Below are positions 58,040 through 64,000 of a stretch of 64,000 nucleotides of DNA, piece after piece (positions within the stretch are counted from its first letter, which is position 1; every line of letters begins with the position of its first letter). The notes beneath the pieces are model-generated. The model made no database searches. It saw nothing but the letters and a program-made list of their open reading frames with translations, and was not told the origin of the DNA. The DNA is taken from NCBI GenBank assembly GCA_965223545.1, contig OZ245006.1, positions 4,864,001-4,928,000 of the forward strand. Direction: 5' to 3'. The position numbers were made by a program, and so were the translations under genes. The stretch comes from Planctomycetota bacterium. Lineage in GTDB: Bacteria > Planctomycetota > UBA1135 > UBA2386.

Positions 58040-59312
58040 GGCAACGCAGATTCCAGAACTGCAGCCCTTCCGTGGGCCTGGCTAGCTGAGAGACGCTGAC
58101 CGAGACGTAACCGGAGCCCTCTTCCGAGTCACTGGAAGTGACGCAGGGCCAGCTGCGCAACGGTGCCCTTTGGTCCCCCCCGCGTTGTGTCCCGGAGGTC
58201 GCCGATGTTCGTTCCCCCGCGTTGCCCCAACTCAGCTTGCCCACACAACCGCAGCCCGCGGCCCGGCTTCTTCGTACGCCGTGGCTACTACTACCCCAAG
58301 TGCCGCGCCCAAGGCGTGCCGCGCTTCCGCTGCCGCCATTGCCGGCAGGGCTTCTCGCGGCAGACGTTCCGCATGGATTACCGCGACCACAAGCCCGACC
58401 GCAACGCCTGGATCGTCATGTTGCTCTGCTCTGGCCTGGGCCTGCGACAGACCGCACGCCTGGCCGGGCTCACGGCGCGCAACACCGAGATGAAGTTCCG
58501 CAAGATCGGTCGTCACGTCCGCCGCCTGAACAACAACTTACGGGGCGACCTCCCGGTGGGCTCGAGCTTGCAGTTCGACGAACTCGAGAGCTACGAGGGC
58601 CGCCGTAACACGCGGCCCCTGACGCTGCCTGTCCTGATCGAGCGCGGGAGCCGCTTCATCCTCGCAGCGCGGTCGGCCCCGATCCGCCCAGGTGGCCCCA
58701 AACCGGCTGCGCGCCGGCGAGCGATAGAGGCCGACGCGCGGCGGTTTGGCCGGCGGCCGTCGCGCTCGCGCGCGGTAACGCGCAATGCGCTGTGCCGGGG
58801 CGCGCGCGCTTGCACTCGGTTGACCACCGTGTTGCTCGAAACGGACGAGAAAACGACCTACTCAGGACTCGCGAGGGGCATTTTCGGCGCGCGGCTCGAG
58901 CACCGGCGAACACCAAGCACGCTGCCGCGCGAGACCTGGAACCCGCTGTTCGCGATCAACCATACCGAGGCAATGGCGCGCGACCTCAACGGTCGTCTGC
59001 GGCGCGAGTCCTGGCTGGTCAGCAAGAAGCGCTGCTTCCTCAACCTGCAGCTGCACATCTACATCGCGTACCGCAACTTCACGCGACCGCGCTTCAACTT
59101 CGACCGAGACACGCCGGCGATGCTGGTTGGCTGGCTGCCCCAGAAGTTGCGGCTGAACCAGGTGCTATCCTGGCGCCAGGACTGGGGCACGCGCAGCGGC
59201 CATCCGCTGGATCGAAACGCAAAACCGATCGAGAACTTCCTGAAGAGCTCTGCCTGACTTTCTTGCGGCCGTGCCGGACCACGGAAGGGCTGCAGTTTGG
59301 GATTTCCGTACC
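58040..59312 (+). mobile_element. IS1/IS1595-like insertion sequence
   Basis: Imperfect terminal inverted repeats with a 19-bp perfect core AACTGCAGCCCTTCCGTGG (58057-58075; reverse complement at 59279-59297) enclosing a single transposase ORF. Exact ends uncertain. Confidence 0.8.
58205..59257 (+). CDS. IS1/IS1595-like transposase
   Basis: GGAGG ribosome-binding site; zinc ribbon (CPNSAC...RFRCRHC), HTH (GLRQTARLAG), QFDE, TDE, RLRRESWLVSK. Confidence 0.85.
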   Translation: MFVPPRCPNSACPHNRSPRPGFFVRRGYYYPKCRAQGVPRFRCRHCRQGFSRQTFRMDYRDHKPDRNAWIVMLLCSGLGLRQTARLAGLTARNTEMKFRKIGRHVRRLNNNLRGDLPVGSSLQFDELESYEGRRNTRPLTLPVLIERGSRFILAARSAPIRPGGPKPAARRRAIEADARRFGRRPSRSRAVTRNALCRGARACTRLTTVLLETDEKTTYSGLARGIFGARLEHRRTPSTLPRETWNPLFAINHTEAMARDLNGRLRRESWLVSKKRCFLNLQLHIYIAYRNFTRPRFNFDRDTPAMLVGWLPQKLRLNQVLSWRQDWGTRSGHPLDRNAKPIENFLKSSA

Positions 59313-59344
59313 GAACGGCGGCGCCGCCCCTCTGATGAGGGTGC

Positions 59345-59884
59345 ATGCCTGTGCCCCGCCCGCCGACCCGCACCGTGGCCTCCGCCGGGGCTTCTGCGCG
59401 GACCGCGGTCGTGCCGGCCCCGGATGCGTTGGTCGCCACGCACGGGGCGTGGCTGCTGGCGTGGCTTCGGGTGCGCGGAGCGTCGCAAGATCTCGCCGAG
59501 GACATCGCCCAGGAGGTGTTGCTGCGGCTGTTGCGCAATCACCATCGTTTGCGTGAGCCCGGCGCGGTGCCGGCTTGGCTGCGCGTGACGGCGACCGACT
59601 TGCTGGCGCGTGCCCGGCGCCGGCGGTGGCCCGGGTCCCTGGTTGGCGAACCGCCCGCGCCCGGCCCCGGCCCCGACCTCGACCCGCGCGTTGCCTCGTT
59701 GCGCGTCGCCGTCGCGGCGTTGCCCGACGAGCTCGAGGAGGTCGTGCTGCTGCGCTACAGCCGTTCACTCACCTACGAGCAGATTGCCGCGGTGTTGGAT
59801 GTGCCGCGCGGCACCGTGCAGAGCAGGTTGCGGCGCGCGCACGAGCGGTTGCGCCGCGCGTTGGCGGTCAGCGGAGAACGATGA
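59345..59884 (+). CDS. ECF sigma-70 factor
   Basis: DLAEDIAQEV, AWL, LTYEQIAAVLDVPRGTVQSRL.RA. Confidence 0.9.
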   Translation: MPVPRPPTRTVASAGASARTAVVPAPDALVATHGAWLLAWLRVRGASQDLAEDIAQEVLLRLLRNHHRLREPGAVPAWLRVTATDLLARARRRRWPGSLVGEPPAPGPGPDLDPRVASLRVAVAALPDELEEVVLLRYSRSLTYEQIAAVLDVPRGTVQSRLRRAHERLRRALAVSGER

Positions 59885-61563
59885 TGAACGACAACTCTCT
59901 CGAAGCGGTTCTCGGCGCCCTGTTGCGCGTCGATGATCGCGCGCTCGACCGCCTGGCGCGGCGAGTGTCGCGGGCGCGTCGCCGGTGGTGGTGGCGGTGG
60001 GGTGGGGCTGCGGCGCTCGCGCTGATCGCCGCCACCGTCTGGTGGGGTGGATTCGGTGCCGGTGCGACCGATCGGGATGGGGCGTGGGTGTTGGACTTGC
60101 AGCGGCGGGACGACGGGACCGCGCGTGACTACGACGAGCCGCCGCCCTTTGGAGATGCTGCCGCCCGGGCCGATTGGTTGTTGTGGGGGACGGTGGTGTC
60201 GGTCTCCACCGACGCGGTTGCGTTCGAAGTGCATGAGGTGCTGGTCGGGCCGGCGGTGGATCCCGTCGTGCGGCTCTCGCGGGCGTTCGACGAGATGGTC
60301 GTCTCTTGCCGGCATGATCTGACGTGGCAGCCGGGCGAGGATCTGGTGCTGGCCCTGTTCCGCGATCCCGACGACGGCGTCGTCAAGGTCAGCGAGGGCG
60401 GCAGTGGACAGGGGCGGCTTCCCCTGCTGGGGGTCGCGACCATGGACGACTTGCGCGTGGCGTTGCGCGACGGAGTGCTGCCCGCGTCGCGGTTGGCGGC
60501 GCACGTGCGGGCGCATGGTCCCGGTGCAATCGTCGCACTGCGGACTGCGTTGGGTGGCCTCCTGCAGAGGGGCGTTGACGCGCAAGCGCCTGCGGTGCAG
60601 CAGGCGTTGGTGGACGCGTTGCAAGGTGGTCAGTCCGCGCCGGCGACCGAGGGGGCGCGGCGGGCGCGTCGCGCGGCATTGCGGGAACTCACGGAGGAGC
60701 GATTGGCCGCGTTGCCGGCCGAGCTGCGCGCGGCGATGCTCGAAGACGATCTGCAGCTGGCAATCGCGGCCACCTCGCCGCACACGCTGGTCGCGCTGCT
60801 ACGGCCGTACGCACTGGCCGGCGAGGTCGGGGCGTTCGAGCCGCTGCGGGCGTGTGCGCGCGAGGTCGACGCTGCTTCCCGCGCCAAGCCCGACGCCTAT
60901 GGCTATCGCATGCTGCTCGTCGAGCTGCTTGACCTGCTGTGGCGCTTCGATGTCGAGATGGCGCAGAGGTTGTCATGGGACCTCTACGCGCGCAGCCCGG
61001 CGCGCGGTCAGGCCGACGCCGGCGAGGTGCTCGCGGTGCCGCTGCGGCACGGCGATCCCCGCGCCCTGGCGGAGCTGCTGGAACGCAGCGAGGCGGCCGT
61101 CGATGCCGGCGAGGTCGTCTGGCTCGATCTGCTGGTCACCCGCACCGAGCCCGAGGCCGTGGCCGTGCTGCGCCGCGCGTTCGCCGACCCGCGCGCGAAC
61201 CTGATCTTCAACCGCTACGACCACTCGCCGACGCGGGCCCTGCAAGCGCTCGGCGCCGCCGCGGCACGCCGCCTCCTCGCCCCGGTGCGCGATCTGTTGG
61301 TCGAGCGGCTGCGCGACGCCGAGCTCGACACGGTGAGCTACCGGGATTGGTTCGAGCTGTACCGGTTGGGGTTCGACGATATCACCCCGTTTGCCGCGGC
61401 CCTGGCGGCGCAGCTGCGCCGCGTCGAGCGGCCCGCTCTGCACGAGTTGTCCCTGGTGCGGGGGGTGGAAGACGCGCTCCAGCATCGGGCGCTCGAGTTC
61501 GCTCACCCGACCGCGCCCGAGCTGCAGCGCGCGGCGGCCCGGCTGGCGTCGATGTTGGAATGA
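59881..61563 (+). CDS. Putative anti-sigma / single-pass membrane protein
   Basis: ATGA overlap with the ECF gene; short N-terminal region, TM helix (WGGAAALALIAATVWW), large helical remainder. Confidence 0.7.
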   Translation: MMNDNSLEAVLGALLRVDDRALDRLARRVSRARRRWWWRWGGAAALALIAATVWWGGFGAGATDRDGAWVLDLQRRDDGTARDYDEPPPFGDAAARADWLLWGTVVSVSTDAVAFEVHEVLVGPAVDPVVRLSRAFDEMVVSCRHDLTWQPGEDLVLALFRDPDDGVVKVSEGGSGQGRLPLLGVATMDDLRVALRDGVLPASRLAAHVRAHGPGAIVALRTALGGLLQRGVDAQAPAVQQALVDALQGGQSAPATEGARRARRAALRELTEERLAALPAELRAAMLEDDLQLAIAATSPHTLVALLRPYALAGEVGAFEPLRACAREVDAASRAKPDAYGYRMLLVELLDLLWRFDVEMAQRLSWDLYARSPARGQADAGEVLAVPLRHGDPRALAELLERSEAAVDAGEVVWLDLLVTRTEPEAVAVLRRAFADPRANLIFNRYDHSPTRALQALGAAAARRLLAPVRDLLVERLRDAELDTVSYRDWFELYRLGFDDITPFAAALAAQLRRVERPALHELSLVRGVEDALQHRALEFAHPTAPELQRAAARLASMLE

Positions 61564-61568
61564 TGGCC

Positions 61569-62399
61569 TCAGCGGCCCCGCATCTTGCCGACGATCTCCT
61601 TGACCAGTTTGCCCGCGACCATCGCCGTCATGTCGTGGTGGTCGCGGCGCGGGTTGAGCTCGACGACGTCGGCGCCCATGGGGGCCACCGGTAGCCACTG
61701 GATGATGTCGAGCAGGGCCCGCGTGCTGAAGCCGCCGGGCTCGTGGTGGGACACGCCGGGAGCGTACGCCGGATCCAGAGCGTCGAGGTCGATCGACAGG
61801 TACAGAGGTGGCTGGAGTCGCAGCTGGGACAGCGTGCGTGGCGTCCAGTGGCGCATCTCGAACATCTCCACGCCGAATCGTTCCGCCTGCGCGCGTTGGT
61901 GTGGGTTGACCGTGCGGATGCCGAGCTGGACCAGGCGATCGCAACAATCGGCCTCCATGATGCGGGCGAACGGACACGCGTGCGACTCGCGGTCGCCGTC
62001 GAGTTCGTCGTACAGGTCGGGGTGGGCGTCGATGTGCAGGATCGTCAGTCCTCTCCTCGACGATGCGATGCCGCGCACGACTGGCCAAGTGATCGCGTGA
62101 TCACCCCCCAAGATCAGCGGCTTGGCGCTGCGCTCCAGCACCGCTTCGATCGCGCCCGTGATCCTCGCGTCCGCCGCGGTCGAGACGTCGACGTCGCCGC
62201 AGTCGACCAGCCGTCGATCCACGGCGAGATCGACCCCCGCCTCCGTGCACAGGTTGGCAGCCCCGCAGTGCAAGACCTGCCGGATGCGCGCCGGCGCCTC
62301 GGCCGGCCCGCGCATGAACGACGAATGCTCATCCCAGGGGATCCCCAGCAGCGCCAAATCACCGGCGCGCAAGGAGTCAATCGAGCGTGGTTCGATCAT
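61569..62399 (-). CDS. Agmatinase / arginase-family ureohydrolase
   Basis: G.P.D, GGDH, DAHPD, SHACPF, SIDLDALDP..APG, VELNP. Confidence 0.92.
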   Translation of the reverse strand: MIEPRSIDSLRAGDLALLGIPWDEHSSFMRGPAEAPARIRQVLHCGAANLCTEAGVDLAVDRRLVDCGDVDVSTAADARITGAIEAVLERSAKPLILGGDHAITWPVVRGIASSRRGLTILHIDAHPDLYDELDGDRESHACPFARIMEADCCDRLVQLGIRTVNPHQRAQAERFGVEMFEMRHWTPRTLSQLRLQPPLYLSIDLDALDPAYAPGVSHHEPGGFSTRALLDIIQWLPVAPMGADVVELNPRRDHHDMTAMVAGKLVKEIVGKMRGR

Positions 62400-62504
62400 C
62401 GCACAGTACTCAGGATCGCGGCTGCCTACACCACCGGTGGAAGGTTCCCGCATATAATGAAACGACGCATCTCAGGCTGTCGCCTCTCGATTTGATGGGG
62501 ATGG

Positions 62505-64000
62505 ATGTCGTCTCACCTCTGCAGGGTTCTTGGTTTTGTGCTGTTGCTGTCCGTCGTTTCTGCGCAGCAACCATCGGTTTTGCTCGATGTGAACGCAACG
62601 CCGCTTCCCAACCCCGGCTCCGCCGCTCGTGATTTTGCCAGCAGGCGGCCGCTGACTCTGTTCAGTGCCGCCTCGCCGGCGGGACGCGAGCTGATGGGGA
62701 CGTTCGGCACGGCGGGTTCGTCCTTTTTGGTGAAGGACATCCGGAGCGGGTTGGTGCAAACTTCTTCCGACCCGCAGTCGGTCACGGCGACCGACGCCGA
62801 CTGGTTCTTTACGGCTGATGATGGCGTCTACGGCCGTGAGCTCTGGGCCAGCGACGGGACTGCCGGGGAGACTCGGATGGTCGTCGACCTCGGGCCTGGT
62901 GACAGCCTTGCGGGGGCGGAGCTCGTCGCGTTCGGTCGCCGCGTGTTTTTCGTCGCGCCCGATCCGGCGTTGCCGGCGGCGGGGAGTCGGTTGTGGATCT
63001 CGGACGGCACCGCTGTCGGTACTGGCGTGGTCGCTGCTCTGCCGGCTGAAGTTGCGCGTCCCGTGATTGTCGGAGGCTTTGCTGTGTGCACGATCGGCCA
63101 GGGCAGCAGCCAAGAGCTGTGGCGCACCGACGGCTCCGCAGTCGGCACGCAGCGGATCGCCGGACTCCCGCGCAGGTCCTCCATCAGCAGGCTGGGGCCG
63201 GCCCTTGGCGGATTCGTGTACTTCGCCCACGAATCCGCGAATCTGGAGCCGGAGCTGTGGCGCACGGATGGGACCATCGCGGGGACACAGCGAGTCATGG
63301 GGTTCGGTCCCGCGGTGGGCGCCCTTCAGGTTGTGGCCTCCGGAAACCGGCTGTTCTGCTTGGCCGGCACGCTTCTGTACGTCTCCGACGGCACGGCGAC
63401 GGGAACGGTGCTGGTCGGGTCCTACATCCGAGTGCACGTGCTCATCCCGTTCGGCAACGACCTCGTAATCGGCTCCGCATCGGGCACCCATTTCACCGAT
63501 GGCACGGCGGGAGGAAGCATCACCTTGTCGACTACGACCGCGTCGGCTGGCCTCGAGGTCGCGGGTCGCGTCGTGTTCGCAGCCGAAACACCGACCATCG
63601 GTTCCGAGCTGTGGGTCACCGACGGTACGCCCACGGGCACGGGGCTGCTGGCCGACATTTGGCCAGGATCGGAGTCGTCACTGCCGTCATCGGCGGAGTT
63701 CGCCCTCGATGGCAGCGGTCAACGTGCCCTGTTTGCCGCGGACAACGGCGTCGACGGTGAAGAGCTGTGGGCAACCGACGGGACCGCCAGCGGTACTCAC
63801 TTGGTCGACGACCTGTTGCCCAGGCCGCCTGGTTCGCTCGGCTCCAACCCACGTGACTTCACCGACCTGTACAGCGTCACTCTTTTTCGGGCGACGACCG
63901 CTGCCCATGGCGAAGAGCTTTGGCGCACCGACGGGACCGCGGCGGGCACCGCGATCGTCGCGGATATCGTGCCAGGGCCACGGGGATCGTCGCCGCTTGG
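62505..64000 (+). CDS. ELWxxDGT-repeat secreted protein, 3'-partial (absent from the ORF track because it runs off the window)
   Basis: ATG at 62505 gives MSSHLCRVLGFVLLLSVVSAQ (signal peptide), then ELWASDGT, ELWRTDGS, ELWVTDGT, ELWATDGT, ELWRTDGT; the first and last repeats were confirmed in frame. TATAAT at 62453-62458. Confidence 0.9.
   Translation, partial: MSSHLCRVLGFVLLLSVVSAQQPSVLLDVNATPLPNPGSAARDFASRRPLTLFSAASPAGRELMGTFGTAGSSFLVKDIRSGLVQTSSDPQSVTATDADWFFTADDGVYGRELWASDGTAGETRMVVDLGPGDSLAGAELVAFGRRVFFVAPDPALPAAGSRLWISDGTAVGTGVVAALPAEVARPVIVGGFAVCTIGQGSSQELWRTDGSAVGTQRIAGLPRRSSISRLGPALGGFVYFAHESANLEPELWRTDGTIAGTQRVMGFGPAVGALQVVASGNRLFCLAGTLLYVSDGTATGTVLVGSYIRVHVLIPFGNDLVIGSASGTHFTDGTAGGSITLSTTTASAGLEVAGRVVFAAETPTIGSELWVTDGTPTGTGLLADIWPGSESSLPSSAEFALDGSGQRALFAADNGVDGEELWATDGTASGTHLVDDLLPRPPGSLGSNPRDFTDLYSVTLFRATTAAHGEELWRTDGTAAGTAIVADIVPGPRGSSPL

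Noticed and set aside
58030..59322. Target-site duplication around the IS
   Set aside because: The flanks (CGACTGACG and GAACGGCGG) are not direct repeats at the ends I can infer.
1..64000. tRNA, rRNA or known riboswitch genes
   Set aside because: Intergenic gaps are short and none showed a cloverleaf or a riboswitch consensus I recognise; an Infernal or tRNAscan run could still find something.

Overview
High-GC (about 70%, estimated by eye) bacterial DNA. The gene content suggests Planctomycetota (inference from ELWxxDGT and kelch surface proteins, several ECF sigma factors, a Ser/Thr kinase-TPR protein and a Tat-exported Gfo/Idh/MocA oxidoreductase). About 50 genes are supported. Housekeeping genes include rarA, a TrmH-family methyltransferase, gluQ, rsgA, folC, aroB, two pilT-family ATPases, two M3 peptidases, an M28 peptidase and an agmatinase. 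There is also a flippase-GT2-GT4 glycan trio, a glucuronokinase-like kinase plus nucleotidyltransferase pair, a DUF4011/DUF3320 helicase-nuclease (Hhe-like defence candidate) and a VLRF1-type release factor. Mobile DNA comprises a decayed island at about 6.1-10.0 kb (two inverted IS91-like transposase remnants plus CCA, NRPS and TPR gene fragments) and an apparently intact IS1/IS1595-like element at 58.0-59.3 kb. The most striking observations are (i) a secreted propeller protein ending, after a Gly-Gly, in a 66-aa cationic peptide with 8 mirror-spaced cysteines, encoded upstream of a kinase/secreted protein/ECF module, and (ii) a shared roughly 100-aa 'P..P.L.G.....Q' domain in four otherwise unrelated secreted proteins. 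No rRNA, tRNA or CRISPR array was recognised. All family calls come from motif recognition by eye; no database search was run.
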